Positions 1 through 15,200 of a DNA stretch of 64,000 nt are shown here, one piece after another. Each line of letters starts with the position of its first letter. The stretch's first letter is position 1. The notes beneath the pieces were generated by a model that worked only from the letters and a program-made list of their open reading frames with translations, was not told the origin of the DNA and searched no databases. Source of the stretch: Euprymna scolopes (Eukaryota); NCBI GenBank assembly GCA_053919585.1, contig CM132786.1. The stretch is one strand, 5' to 3'. The translations under genes and the position numbers were made by a program.

Positions 1-769
1 AAATATTAGAACTAATCTCCGCATTCACACGCACACTTATGTTTGTCGATAAAAGTACATCATTGTATCATTGTATCAGTGTATAAATCTGATCTGAAAT
101 GGAACACGTACATCAAGTCTGTTGCCAAGGTCGCTGGAAAGATGGTGGGATCCTTCTACCGCTCCAGAAGATATCTCACTACTGATGCAATTCTCTATCT
201 ATAAAAAGCCAAGTACGTACAAGGATGGAATACTGTTGCCATATTTGGGCAGGATCTGCTAAAAAACAGCCTATCATGGCTTGACAGAGTACAAAATAGG
301 CTTCGTGACAGTGGGGGATGCCCTTTTCTCTACCCTGCAACCTCTCTCCCACAGAAGAGACGTTGCGAGCCTATCCTTGTTTTATCGTTATTTCCATGGC
401 AGGTGCTCGTCTGAACTCCAATCTCTGGTCCCCCCTCGCTAATCTTTCACGAAAAACACCCGTCTAGCTGAATCCACTGTGAAAAATTTCCCCCACTCTA
501 TATCTGTGCCTAAATCAAAACGCGGATTCCATGAACAAAGCTTCTTTCTTAGAACTGCACGCCTGTGGAACTCTGTTCCGTCTGCCTGCTTCCCACCGGA
601 CTACAACTTGGATGTGTTCAAGTCCAACGTTAACAAATTCCTAATGAACCGCCCCCTTAAGTAAAGACTTCATCAAATCTCCACACTAACGTAATTTACT
701 TGCAATAACCCTTATCCCTGAGTGGCTTCCGGGCCTTGATAAGTGGTGATCACTGTGGAGAAAAAAAAA
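1..769 (+). mobile_element. 3' end of a non-LTR retrotransposon (CR1/Jockey-type LINE): decayed ORF2 C-terminus, 3' UTR and A-tail
   Basis: Frameshifted translation gives RTRMEYCCHIWAGS..LDRVQNR..GDALFSTLQPLSHRRDVASLSLFYRYFHGRCS and the ORF 479-664 SFFLRTARLWNSVPSACFP (typical LINE post-RT C-terminus); ends in A9 at 761-769. Confidence 0.85.
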
Positions 770-1117
770 GAATGTCAATTAAAAATAATGACTTCATATC
801 TGGCGAAATTCCAAAATGAGATGTGGCGAAAAATATCAAATATCTCCTCGGCCCATGAACAGGTCTTTTGTTTTTTTTCTCTCACATTATTGTTGCTAGA
901 AAAAAAGTTATAAATATATAGAAATTCGGCTATTAAATCACCACTACGACCATCTTTACAAATCGACTGCTTCAGTCACATCACAACTAATCCCCCACGG
1001 TATGCTGCGCGCGGCAGAAACAATATTGTTTTCGAAACTTAAAGAAAATATCAACCTGTTCGTTACACATGACGTATCTAATACATATCGGAACATGGTG
1101 TGATGTACTTCAAACAG

Positions 1118-1395
1118 TTAATGATACGTCTTATTTGATATAGTAAAGATATGTCTTATTCAATATAGTAAAGATACGTCTTATTTGATATAGTAATGGT
1201 ATGACTTATTTTATATAGTAATGATGCGTCTTATTTGATATAGTAATGATACGTCTTAGTTGATAAAATAATGATACGTCTTATTTGATAAAATGATGAT
1301 ACGTTTTTTATATAATAGTCGTACGGTTTATTTGATATAATAATGGTACGACTTAGTTAATATAGTAATTCCACGTCTTAGTTGATAAAGGAATG
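1118..1395. repeat. Degenerate 25-bp minisatellite (~11 copies), consensus TAGTAATGATACGTCTTATTTGATA
   Basis: Directly visible 25-bp periodicity, decaying toward 1395. Confidence 0.85.
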
Positions 1396-2841
1396 GTAGT
1401 TTTATGCTTATCTATAATAAAAAATATTGCAGAAATATTCTTCTGGACAAGAATACTAGACACCGGCAACATCTCAACTCTGCTGGGGTTTCCACGCTTT
1501 TAATTGGTTATTCGACACATGCATGTACCATATCCTAAACATTTTCTTATTTCTAGATAATAATGTATCCCTTGTCGAAATGTGACACCGCTGATTAGCA
1601 GCGATGTAGATATTCTCATATTCTTATATATAACATGATCGACTTAAGGGAGCGATTTGCTCCCCATTGAGGAGGTTGAGACCCCCCCTAGGACCTGAGA
1701 AAGACCGGGCAAATATGCTAAGATTGTTTAATTGAATCCCGGACGACAGCGGATATCAAAAATACTTTAATTGAAATATATAGATGTATATCTTGTTTTA
1801 TTGTCAAAGCCAAAAGACAGGAAATGTTAGAATAAGGGACAATGACATTCGTTTGGCCAGAAGGACACCGGCCCAGGTGCTAGACCGGAAAATTGACAAG
1901 GGTTGACCCCCCGGGGTCATGTGAATTTGATTTCATTTTGGTTTCAGAGTCACAAAACTCTAGACTATGGCTGAACTGCACACACGCAATTTAGATCTGG
2001 AAATCCCCAGACACGTAGCTTAATCTGATTGGTTGGGTTGATTATCTACCTCGACTCGCATCTTACTATAAAAAGCCAATGCCACCCGAAAACACACAGA
2101 TTTGCACAGACTTTGCGCTGAAAATCTCGAGAAGGTCCAGCTCCCAAAACGCTCCATAACCCTTCCTCCAACCGCCTGAATGCAATCTACGGAGAGAGAT
2201 TTGTGAATTTAAAAATGTGGAAAGAACTGAACGTGTATATATATATGTAAAAAGACTAATTTTTGTGAAATTAATTTTTAGTAGATAGAATCCAATTATC
2301 TGTCTTTTCTTTCTGGTGTATGCAGCTTTCGCTTTTCACTTTCAGTAGAAAGTAGAGGTCTCTCGAAAAATTAGACATCACAAGCCACAGTTTCCGAAGA
2401 GACAGGCAACAATATCCGCATCTTCCACCATTAAACGAACGGTTCGACACTTATAAACAGTCCGCCATTTATTTACATATACATTTGTTTCTATTTTTTA
2501 TTTCTAAATTATCTACATTACCTTTGCATTTCGGAACTTTTCCGATATTATATTAAGTCATTGCTTTTGCCATTATATTTATTCAGTCGCCGAAATACAA
2601 GAATAAACGTATACAAAGCTACGTAATACTGCTTCTTTCTTCACTCACTCCAGTCATAATCTGCTCCCCCTTCTCTCACTCTCTCTCGGTTTGAGGTGTT
2701 TTATACTACGCTGGGTACTGTTGTAAAAATACCAAAAATTGAAAAAAATAAAATAAATAAATAATAATGAAATGAACAAATAAATGAATAAATAATAATA
2801 AAATAAATAAACTATACAAAGGGCAAGTTTTCTTGAATATA

Positions 2842-3050
2842 TACAGGGTGACCCAAAAAAACAGAGAACATTCAATTGTTTTTCTGAGCATTTTACAGTC
2901 AACGGAGAAAAAAAAGGCCAAAAAACTGTAGTGTTTTGATGTGATGTTTTGAATATAATAAACTAGTTATGACCAAAGTTTCATTTCATTCAGGCAAAAC
3001 ACTAAGAAACGGGGCCTAATTAGAGTTGAGGCCCATTTTCTGGCAACTCT
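2842..3050. mobile_element. Possible Tc1/mariner-derived MITE relic
   Basis: Begins TA|CAGGGTGACCCAAAAAAA, a Tc1/mariner-like terminus; the matching right end is only poorly recognisable. Confidence 0.3.
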
Positions 3051-3085
3051 TTATTAAGAATCGGTAATCGAATAAATCACAAACT

Positions 3086-3175
3086 ATTTGATTGGCGATT
3101 TCGATGACAATAAAAGCATTAGAAGAACAGTCGTTGATCCTTACATATCATGAGACACATTATATCTCGCTGCTA

Positions 3176-3176
<1 letters not shown>
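3086..3176 (+). mobile_element. 3' end of a non-autonomous Helitron (same family as 59341-60084)
   Basis: ATTTGATT..GGCG..CGATGAC.ATAAAAGCATT..AACAGTCGTTGATCCT matches ~59972-60048; terminates CTAG|T at 3173-3177. Confidence 0.65.
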
Positions 3177-3235
<59 letters not shown>

Positions 3236-3252
3236 TTATATATATATATATA
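3177..3252. repeat. (TA)n microsatellite
   Basis: Visible dinucleotide run. Confidence 0.95.
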
Positions 3253-3286
3253 TTGAATAGTTGTATGGTTTGGTTTCCTAGATGTA

Positions 3287-4005
3287 TGTGATTGGAATAT
3301 TGATGGAAAATGAACGGACAGCAAACAGAGATATTGTCTTGCATTTTAAAAATAATACATTGAAAAGGATCTGTGAACTACATTATCTCTACTACATTTA
3401 ATGTACCCGTTAATGTCCCCTATGGATCTCCATTTTACAATATCTACATGAAAGCATCCAATTGGTGAAAAGTTACGCAACATCAGTTTATTCATACTAT
3501 TTGATGACTCGGCCTGGAAACTATTTTCTCCGGTATCGAAGGCTGTTTCAACAATGGCTGGTGAATGTGTACTGCCAGATTGAAACAACATTTACAGTTC
3601 CTGAGATGAGAACAATAAACCTTGAGAGATGACAATTATGGCAACTTGAGGGATTCAATTCTAAGGGAGGATGGAAATCCAGAACAGATTGGTCAACGAA
3701 TGGTACTTCAAGCAAGTTACACAGGAGGCCCTCGATACATGTTTGAGCGCCAAAGTGATGCCAAGGCTTATTTTCAGCGAATGGGCCGAGCCGACCTCTT
3801 AATCACTTTCACGACAAATCTAAAATAAACGAAATTTACAGAAAATTTTCTTCAAGGACAAGAACCTCAGAATCGTGCAGATATTGTTTCCAGAGGTTTT
3901 AAATAGAAGCTAAAAAGGCTAATGGAATTTAGTAGATAAGGAGGATTTGGCAGGTTGAGGAATTTCCTGTACAGAATACGAAAATAGGGGACTGCCGCAT
4001 GCATT
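3287..4005 (+). pseudogene. Helitron RepHel (Rep/HUH endonuclease region) pseudogene fragment
   Basis: Interrupted translation: RDIVLHFKNNTLKRICELH..MYPL..PYG; RLFQQWLVNVYCQIET; LRDDNYGNLRD..GQRMVLQASYTGGPRYM..ADLLITFTTNLK; QNRADIVSR; AGGGGACTGCCGCATGCA = RGLPHA (HUH motif). Multiple stops and frameshifts. Confidence 0.88.
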
Positions 4006-4430
4006 TTCATCAAGAAATCACAAACCAGTGGATTGTTTCCTACAACAGGGTTCTCCTTCAGCAGTTCAAGGCTCATATTGTTGCAATTTTTTTTTACTTA
4101 TAATTGGGTATGCTTCCGCACAGTTGGGGTATTCTATTTATAAACGATGCTGCTAGGAAGTGACGAATCAAATGAATTCACGTTTTGCTAGCAACCAATC
4201 AAAAACCAAAAATACTTCATAAAAATTAAACCTTTTTTTTTTTTAGCAACCTTGCATGTGTTTTCTTCGTGTCAACACGGGAAGAATCTTTTGCTCTGTG
4301 GCTACAAAAATTATAATGTCAGGAACCTGTATAGAACAGCTATCTACTAAGAACTCGTCATCTCCAGGACTTATATAGAACTACGAACCATCGGAAACTT
4401 TTCTGAAACTAAACATGGCTTCAAACTTAA

Positions 4431-4493
4431 AATATGTAGATATTTTACCCGTGATAATGTAGATATTTTACACTAGATAATGTAGATATTTTA
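4431..4493. repeat. Short tandem repeat, 3 copies of ~23-24 bp with core ATGTAGATATTTT
   Basis: Visible triplication. Confidence 0.6.
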
Positions 4494-5016
4494 GCCGGGC
4501 ATAGGTAGGTATTCTGTCAGTAATTTTTATAATAATGGATTGAAGTTTAGCGATTTGAAGTTATTATTCGAAATGGAAAACAAAGAATAATCAAAACGCA
4601 ACTTACACAGTGTCGAAGTGTGATTTTTTATTAAACGTAGTGCGGTTTCAAGTTAGGGCATCATTGCAAACAAGTCTCGATGCGCTGCGATATCCCTAAA
4701 TAATAATCAGATTCCCGGCACTAAATATAGTACTGTTGTATTGCGGATATGCACTGGGCCGAATAATTGACGCCATGATTGTCCCTTGTAGCATCAGTTA
4801 TTTGTCAGTAACTTTGCGACCACGTTGCAAATTTAAATCTGAAAAACTGATAATTGAATCGCCGCTGATACGAAGTGACGGTAAACGTGTGATCGGCATG
4901 TCTTCTCTGTCCTCGCCAGACAACGTATTTGTTTAACCTTATTCCTACAATTTTTTCTTTAAATGGAACATAATTTTTTAAGTAATGTACAAGTCATAAT
5001 TTTATCCTAAATTAGC

Positions 5017-5696
5017 GATCGTAAAATACGCTTAAATATGATATTTTAATTAATGCAGATTTCGTATTTATTATCATATTATATTGAACCAAATAAAAAG
5101 TGAAAAAAAAAAATGATTGTGCGTCACCACCGAGAATCGAAACCAAAACGTTTCGTTTACGATTTACTTTTTCCTTTGACGCTAACGAACTGCTATTAAG
5201 TTACGCACGCATCTTCGTAATGCCGTCGTTCGACCTGGCAAATTCCATGTTGTTTAATTTTCAGATATTCGCACCGATTCTTCCCCCAAATATAATGTTT
5301 AACATGGGTTCAAATACCCTATATATTAAGTTTCATGTTTGTAGACCAAAAACTTACAGAAGAGTTTAGTAGGCAAAATATTGTAAATAAATATATATAT
5401 ACGCATATATAAATTTATATATAGAAAGTGGCTTGTGTTTACTATAACCTTTTTACGCAAATATTACGCAAGTATAAATAATGTAGAATATCTGCATGAA
5501 TATAATTACACATAATAGTTAACTGAAGATGATAGAAAACTGAAAAAATCTAATAGGGAATAAATTAAAATGAACGTTAAAAAGAATATGCAAATTAGCT
5601 AGATCTTTTACAGATAAAGGCAATTCCACGACCTATGTATAACAAAGTCGTATTTTCTTTTAAATAAATAGAAAAAGGGTTTTTACTTTTAATATC

Positions 5697-5742
<46 letters not shown>

Positions 5743-5774
5743 ACACAAAACAAAAAAAATTATAGGAGTATAGA
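5017..5774 (-). mobile_element. Non-autonomous Helitron (3'-truncated), family shared with 61089-62088; contains a (CA)n tract at ~5698-5738
   Basis: Colinear homology with 61110-62088 (CTTAAATATGATATTTT.ATTAATGCAGATTTCGTATTTATTAT...TATAGGAGTATAGAT); minus-strand 5' end A|TCTATACTCC. Confidence 0.7.
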
Positions 5775-6241
5775 TTCGATTTTTATCACATATTTGCACA
5801 AACTTGATTTTCATAGTTCATGTATATTGCATTCACACAAACTGCAAACACTATTTATGTAGTCTTCAAGCTATGATAAATTTATATAAAACCAAAAATT
5901 ATGTCGAAAAGTAAATTCAATGCTCGGTAGGATAAAGGTTTACAGTCTTGGATCAGAAAAAGTAATGAGTCTGCTTGCTGAAGTTAATGACAGAACAGTG
6001 CACAATACATTTTTCTTTGAGAAAAGATTATACACTTTTATATTTATTATATCTGCCACCGATGTTAAATCTCTTTATCAGATAAATTGTGTTACACTTT
6101 TCTTATGGAATTTGCAGTTTGACAAGCCATAAATTACATCAGTCCATTGTAGTCGATTATCGACTGTAAATTAACTCTCGATGCGAAGACAAATTGTCAC
6201 ACGAAATAAAAATGAATTTTCCATCCATTCACTACACGCCG

Positions 6242-9200
6242 GATATTTACTTATAGAATATATTTATTTATAGAAGATATTTACTTATAGAAGATATTTA
6301 CTTATAGAAGATATTTACTTATAGAAGATATTTATTTATAGAAGATATTTACTTATAGAAGATATTTACTTATAGAAGATATTTACTTATAGAAGATATT
6401 TACTTATAGAAGATATTTATTTATAGACAGTATTTATTTATAGACGATATTTATTTATAGAAGATATTTATTTATAGAAGATATTTATTTATAGAAGATA
6501 TTTATTTATAGATGATATTTATTTATAGAAGATACTTATTTATAGAAGATATTTACTTATAGATGATATTTACTTATAGAAGATATTTATTTATAGAAGA
6601 TATTTATTTATAGAAGATAGTTATTTATAGAAGATATTTATTTATAGATGATATTTATTTATAGATAATATTTACTTATAGATGATATTTATTTATAGAA
6701 GATATTTATTTATAGATGATATTTATTTATAGATGATATTTATTTATAGATAATATTTACTTATAGATGATATTTATTTATAGAAGATATTTACTTATAG
6801 ATGATATTTACTTATAGATGATATTTACTTATAGAAGATATTTATTTATAGAAGATATTTACTTATAGAAGATATTTACTTATAGAAGATATTTATTTAT
6901 AGAAGATATTTATTTATAGAAGATAGTTATTTATAGATGATATTTATTTATAGATGATATTTATCTATAGATGATATTTATTTATAGAAGATATATACTT
7001 ATAGATGATATTTATTTATAGAAGATATATACTTATAGATGATATTTATTTATAGATGATATTTATTTATAGATAATATTTACTTATAGATGATATTTAT
7101 TTATAGAAGATATTTACTTATAGATGATATTTACTTATAGATGATATTTACTTATAGAAGATATTTATTTATAGAAGATATTTACTTATAGAAGATATTT
7201 ACTTATAAAAGATATTTATTTATAGAAGATATTTATTTATAGAAGATAGTTATTTATAGAAGATATTTATTTATAGATGATATTTATTTATAGATAATAT
7301 TTACTTATAGATGATATTTATTTATAGAAGATATTTATTTATAGATGATATTTATTTATAGATGATATTTACTTATAGATAATATTTACTTATAGAAGAT
7401 ATATACTTATAGATGATATTTATTTATAGATGATATTTACTTATAGATAATATTTACTTATAGATAATATTTACTTATAGAAGATATTTATTTATAGATG
7501 ATATTTACTTATAGATGATATTTACTTATAGATGATATTAACTTATAGAAGATATTTACTTATAGAAGATATTTACTAATAGATGATATTTACTTATAGA
7601 TGATATTTACTTATAGATGATATTTACTTATAGATGATATTTATTTATAGATGATATTTACTTATAGAAGATATTTACTTATAGATGATATTTACTTTTA
7701 GATAATATTTACTTATAGAAGATATTTATTTATAGATGATATTTATTCATAGATGATATTTACTTATAGAAGATATTTATTTATAGAAGATATTTATTCA
7801 TAGAAGATATTTATTTATAGAAGATATTTACTTATAGAAGATATTTACGTATAGATGATATTTACTTATAGATGATATTTACTTATAGATGATATTTATT
7901 TATAGAAGATATTTTCTTGTAGATGATATTTACTTATAGAAGATATTTATTTATAGATGATATTTATTCATAGATGATATTTACTTATAGAAGATATTTA
8001 TTTATAGATGATATTTATTCATAGAAGATATTTACTTATAGAAGATATTTATTTATAGAAGATATTTATTTATAGAAGATATTTATTTATAGAAGATATT
8101 TACTTATAGAAGATATTTACGTATAGATGATATTTACTTACAGATGATATTTACTTATAGATGATATTTATTTATAGAAGATATTTTCTTGTAGATGATA
8201 TTTACTTATAGAAGATATTTACTTATAGATGATATTTACTCATAGATGATATTTATTTATAGAAAATATTTACTTAAAGATGATATTTACTTATAGATGA
8301 TATTTACTTATAGATGATATTTACTTATAGAAGATATTTACTTATAGATAATATTTACTTATAGAAGATATTTACTTATAGATGATATTTACTTATAGAA
8401 GATATTTACTTATAGATGATATTTACTTATAGAAGATATTTACTTATAGAAGATATTTACTTATAGAAGATATTTACTTATAGAAGATATTTACTTATAG
8501 ATGATATTTACTTATAGAAGATATTTACTTATAGATGATATTTACTTATAGAAGATATTAACTTATAGATGATATTTACTTATAGAAGATATTTACTTAT
8601 AGATGATATTTACTTATAGACGATATTTACTTATAGATGATATTTATTTATAAAAGATATTTACTTACAGATGATATTTACTTATAGATGATATTTACTT
8701 ATAGATAATATTTACTTATAGATAATATTTACTTATAGATGATATTTACTTATAGATGATATTTACTTATAGATGATATTTACTTATAGAAGATATTTAC
8801 TTATAGATGATATTTACTTATAGATAATATTTACTTATAGAAGATATTTATTTATAGAAGATATTTACTTATAGATAATATTTACTTATAGATAATATTT
8901 ACTTATAGATAATATTTACTTATAGATGATATTTACTTATAGAAGATATTTACTTATAGATGATATTTACTTATAGATGATATTTACTTATAGATGATAT
9001 TTACTTATAGAAAATATTTACTTATAGATGATATTTACTTATAGATGATATTTACTTATAGATGATATTTACTTATAGAAGATATTTACTTATAGATGAT
9101 ATTTACTTATAGATGATATTTACTTATAGAAGATATTTACTTATAGAAGATATTTATTTATAGATGATATTTATTTATAGATGATATTTACTTATAGAAG

Positions 9201-12200
9201 ATATTTATTTATAGATGATATTTACTTATAGATGATATTTACTTATAGATGATATTTATTTATAGATGATATTTACTTATAGAAGATATTTACTTATAGA
9301 AGATATTAATTTATAGATGATGTTTACTTATAGATAATATTTACTTATAAATGATATTTACTTATAGAAGATATTTACTTATAGATGATATTTACTTATA
9401 GATAATATTTACTTATAGATGATATTTACTTATAGAAGATATTTACTTATAGATGATATTTACTTATAGAAGATATTTACTTATAGAAGATATTTATTTA
9501 TAGATGATATTTATTTATAGATGATATTTACTTATAGAAGACATTTACTTATAGATGATATTTACTTATAGATGATATTTACTTATAGATGATATTTACT
9601 TATAGATGATATTTACTTATAGATAATATTTACTTATAGATAATATTTACTTATAGATGATATTTACTTATAGATGATATTTATTTATAGATAATATTTA
9701 CTTATAGATGATATTTATTTATAGAAGATATTTATTTATAGATGATATTTATTTATAGATGATATTTATTTATAGATAATATTTACTTATAGATGATATT
9801 TATTTATAGAAGATATTTACTTATAGATGATATTTACTTATAGATGATATTTACTTATAGAAGATATTTATTTATAGAAGATATTTACTTATAGAAGATA
9901 TTTACTTATAAAAGATATTTATTTATAGAAGATATTTATTTATAGAAGATAGTTATTTATAGATGATATTTATTTATAGATGATATTTATTTATAGAAGA
10001 TATTTACTTATATGTGATATTTATTTATAGAAGATATATACTTATAGATGATATTTATTTATAGAAGATATATAGTTATAGATGATATTTATTTATAGAT
10101 GATATTTATTTATAGATAATATTTACTTAGAGAAGATATTTATTTATAGAAGATATTTATTTATAGAAGATAGTTATTTATAGAAGATATTTATTCATAG
10201 ATGATATTTATGTATAGATAATATTTACTTATAGAAGATATTTACTTATAGATGATATTTACTTATAGATGATATTTATTTATAGATAATATTTACTTAT
10301 AGAAGATATTTACTTATAGATGATATTTATTTATAGAATATATTTATTTATAGATGATATTTATTTATAGATGATATTTACTTATAGATAATATTTACTT
10401 ATAGAAGATATATACTTATAGATGATATTTATTTATAGATGATATTTACTTATAGATAATATTTACTTATAGATAATATTTACTTATAGAAGATATTTAT
10501 TTATAGATGATATTTACTTATAGATGATATTTACTTATAGATGATATTTACTTATAGAAGATATTTACTTATAGAAGATATTTACTAATAGATGATATTT
10601 ACTTATAGATGATATTTACTTATAGAAGATATTTACTTATAGATGATATTTACTTATAGATAATATTTACTTATAGAAGATATTTACTTATAGATGATAT
10701 TTATTTATAGAAGATATTTACTTATAGATGATATTTATTTATAGAAGATATTTATCTATAGATGATATTTATTTATAGAAGAGTTATACTTATGGATGAT
10801 ATTTACTTATAGACGATATTTACTTATAGATGATATTAATTTATAGATGATATTTACTTATAGAAGATATGTACTTATAGAAGATATTTACTTATAGAAG
10901 ATATTTACTTATAGATGATATTTATTTATAGATGATATTTATTTATAGAAGATATATACTTATAGATGATATTTACTTATAGACGATATTTACTTATAGA
11001 TGATATTGATTTATAGATAATATTTACTTATAGAAGATATTTACTTATAGAAGATATTTACTTATAGAAGATATTTACTTATAGACGATATTTACTTATA
11101 GAAGATATTTACTTATAGATAATATTTACTTATAGAAGATATTTACTTAAAGAAGATATTTACTTATAGAAGATATTTATTTATAGAAGATATTTACTTT
11201 TAGATGATATTTACTTATAGAAGATATTTATTTATAGAAGATATTTATTTATAGAAGATATTTATTTATAGATGATATTTATTTATAGAAGATATTTACT
11301 TATAGATGATATTTACTTATAGATGATATTTACTTATAGATGATATTTATTTATAGAAGATATTTACTTATAGATTATATTTACTTATAGATAATATTTA
11401 CTTATACATGATATTTACTTATAGATGATATTTACTTATAAATGATATTTATTTATAGATGATATTTACTTATAGAAGATATTTACTTATAGATGATATT
11501 TACTTATAGATAATATTTACTTATAGAAGATATTTATTTATAGCTGATATTTATTCATAGATGATATTTACTTATAGAAGATATTTACTTATAGAAGATA
11601 TTTATTTATAGAAGATATTTATTTATAGAAGATATTTATTTATAGAAGATATTTACTTATAGAAGATATTTACTTATAGATGATATTTACTTATAGATGA
11701 TATTTACTTATAGATGATATTTATTTATAGAAGATATTTACTTGTAGATGATATTTACTTATAGAAGATATTTACTAATAGATGATATTTACTTATAGAT
11801 GATATTTATTTATAGAAGATATTTACTTAAAGATGATATTTACTTATAGATGATATTTACTTATAGATGATATTTACTTATAGAAGATATTTACTTATAG
11901 ATAATATTTACTTATAGAAGATATTTACTTATAGATGATATTTACTTATAGAAGATATTTACTTATAGATAATATTTACTTATAGAAGATATTTACTTAT
12001 AGAAGATATTTACTTATAGAAGATATTTACTTATAGAAGATATTTACTTATAGATGATATTTACTTATAGAAGATATTTACTTACAGATGATATTTACTT
12101 ATGGAAGATATTAACTTATAGATGATATTTACTTATAGAAGATATTTACTTATAGATGATATTTACTTATAGATGATATTTACTTATAGATGATATTTAC

Positions 12201-15200
12201 TTATAGATAATATTTACTTATAGATAATATTTACTTATAGATGATATTTACTTATAGATAATATTTACTTATAGACGATATTTACTTATAGATGATATTT
12301 ATTTATAGAAGATATTTACTAATAGATGATATTTACTTATATATGATATTTACTTATAGATAATATTTACTTATAGATAATATTTACTTATAGATGATAT
12401 TTACTTATAGATGATATTTACTTATAGATGATATTTACTTATAGAAGATATTTACTTATAGATGATATTTACTTATAGATAATATTTACTTATAGAAGAT
12501 ATTTATTTATAGAAGATATTTACTTATAGATGATATTTACTTATAGATAATATTTACTTATAGATAATATTTACTTATAGATAATATTTACTTATAGATA
12601 ATATTTACTTATAGATGATATTTACTTATAGAAGATATTTACTTATAGATGATATTTACTTATAGATGATATTTACTTATAGAAAATATTTACTTATAGA
12701 TGATATTTACTTATAGATGATATTTACTTATAGATGATATTTACTTATAGAAGATATTTACTTATAGATGATATTTACTTATAGAAGATATTTACTTATA
12801 GAAGATATTTATTTATAGATGATATTTATTTATAGATGATATTTACTTATAGAAGATATTTATTTATAGATGATATTTACTTATAGATGATATTACTTAT
12901 AGATGATATTTATTTATAGATGATATTTACTTATAGAAGATATTTACTTATAGAAGATATTAATTTATAGATGATGTTTACTTATAGATAATATTTACTT
13001 ATAGATGATATTTACTTATAGAAGATATTTACTTATAGATGATATTTACTTATAGATAATATTTACTTATAGATGATATTTACTTATAGAAGATATTTAC
13101 TTATAGATGATATTTACTTATAGAAGATATTTACTTATAGAAGATATTTATTTATAGATGATATTTATTTATAGATGATATTTACTCATAGAAGACATTT
13201 ACTTATAGATGATATTTACTTATAGATGATATTTACTTATAGATGATATTTACTTATAGATGATATTTACTTATAGATAATATTTACTTTTAGATAATAT
13301 TTACTTATAGATGATATTTACTTATAGATGATATTTATTTATAGATAATATTTACTTATAGATGATATTTATTTATAGAAGATATTTATTTATAGATGAT
13401 ATTTATTTATAGATGATATTTATTTATAGATAATATTTACTCATAGATGATATTTATTTATAGAAGATATTTACTTATAGATGATATTTACTTATAGATG
13501 ATATTTACTTATAGAAGATATTTATTTATAGAAGATATTTACTTATAGAAGATATTTACTTATAGAAGATATTTATTTATAGAAGATATTTATTTATAGA
13601 AGATAGTTATTTATAGATGATATTTATTTATAGATGATATTTATTTATAGAAGATATTTACTTATATATGATATTTATTTATAGAAGATATATACTTATA
13701 GATGATATTTATTTATAGAAGATATATAGTTATAGATGATATTTATTTATAGATGATATTTATTTATAGATAATATTTACTTAGAGAAGATATTTATTTA
13801 TAGAAGATATTTATTTATAGAAGATAGTTATTTATAGAAGATATTTATTTATAGATGATATTTATTTATAGATAATATTTACGTATAGAAGATATTTACT
13901 TATAGATGATATTTACTTATAGATGATATTTATTTATAGATAATATTTACTTATAGAAGATATTTACTTATAGATGATATTTATTTATAGAATATATTTA
14001 TTTATAGATGATATTTATTTATAGATGATATTTACTTATAGATAATATTTACTTATAGAAGATATATACTTATAGATGATATTTATTTATAGATGATATT
14101 TACTTATAGATAATATTTACTTATAGATAATATTTACTTATAGAAGATATTTATTTATAGATGATATTTACTTATAGATGATATTTACTTATAGATAATA
14201 TTTACTTATAGAAGATATTTACTTATAGATAATATTTACTTATAAAGATATTTACTTAAAGAAGATATTTACTTATAGAAGATATTTATTTATAGAAGAT
14301 ATTTACTTTTAGATGATATTTACTTATAGAAGATATTTATTTATAGAAGATATTTATTTATAGAAGATATTTATTTATAGATGATATTTATTTATAGATG
14401 ATATTTACTTATAGATGATATTTACTTATAGATGATATTTACTTATAGATGATATTTATTTATAGAAGATATTTACTTATAGATGATATTTACTTATAGA
14501 TAATATTTACTTATACATGATATTTACTTATAGATGATATTTACTTATAGATGATATTTATTTATAGATGATATTTACTTATAGAAGATATTTACTTATA
14601 GATGATATTTACTTATAGATAATATTTACTTATAGAAGATATTTATTTATAGATGATATTTATTCATAGATGATATTTACTTATAGAAGATATTTACTTA
14701 TAGAAGATATTTATTTATAGTAGATATTTATTTATAGAAGATATTTATTTATAGAGAGTATTTACTTATAGAAGATATTTACTTATAGATGATATTTACT
14801 TATAGATGATATTTACTTATAGATGATATTTATTTATAGAAGATATTTACTTGTAGATGATATTTACTCATAGAAGATATTTACTTATAGATGATATTTA
14901 CTTATAGATGATATTTATTTATAGAAGATATTTACTTAAAGATGATATTAACTTATAGATGATATTTACTTATAGATGATATTTACTTATAGAAGATATT
15001 TACTTATAGATAATATTTACTTATAGAAGATATTTACTTATAGATGATATTTACTTATAGAAGATATTTACTTATAGATGATATTTACTTATAGAAGATA
15101 TTTACTTATAGAAGATATTTACTTATAGAAGATATTTACTTATAGAAGATATTTACTTATAGATGATATTTACTTATAGAAGATATTTACTTATAGATGA

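Noticed and set aside
1118-1395. Common origin of the 25-bp repeat with the 62.4 kb repeat (shared CTTATTTGA)
   Set aside because: Only 9 bp shared in AT-rich DNA; the rest of the monomers do not align.
2654-3344. Hydrophobic or IY-rich short ORFs (also 43638-43877 and 59370-59552)
   Set aside because: Translations of A/T-rich low-complexity or microsatellite DNA.
4736-4936. Possible host exon in a moderately GC-rich patch
   Set aside because: No convincing splice sites in frame and no recognisable protein similarity on either strand.
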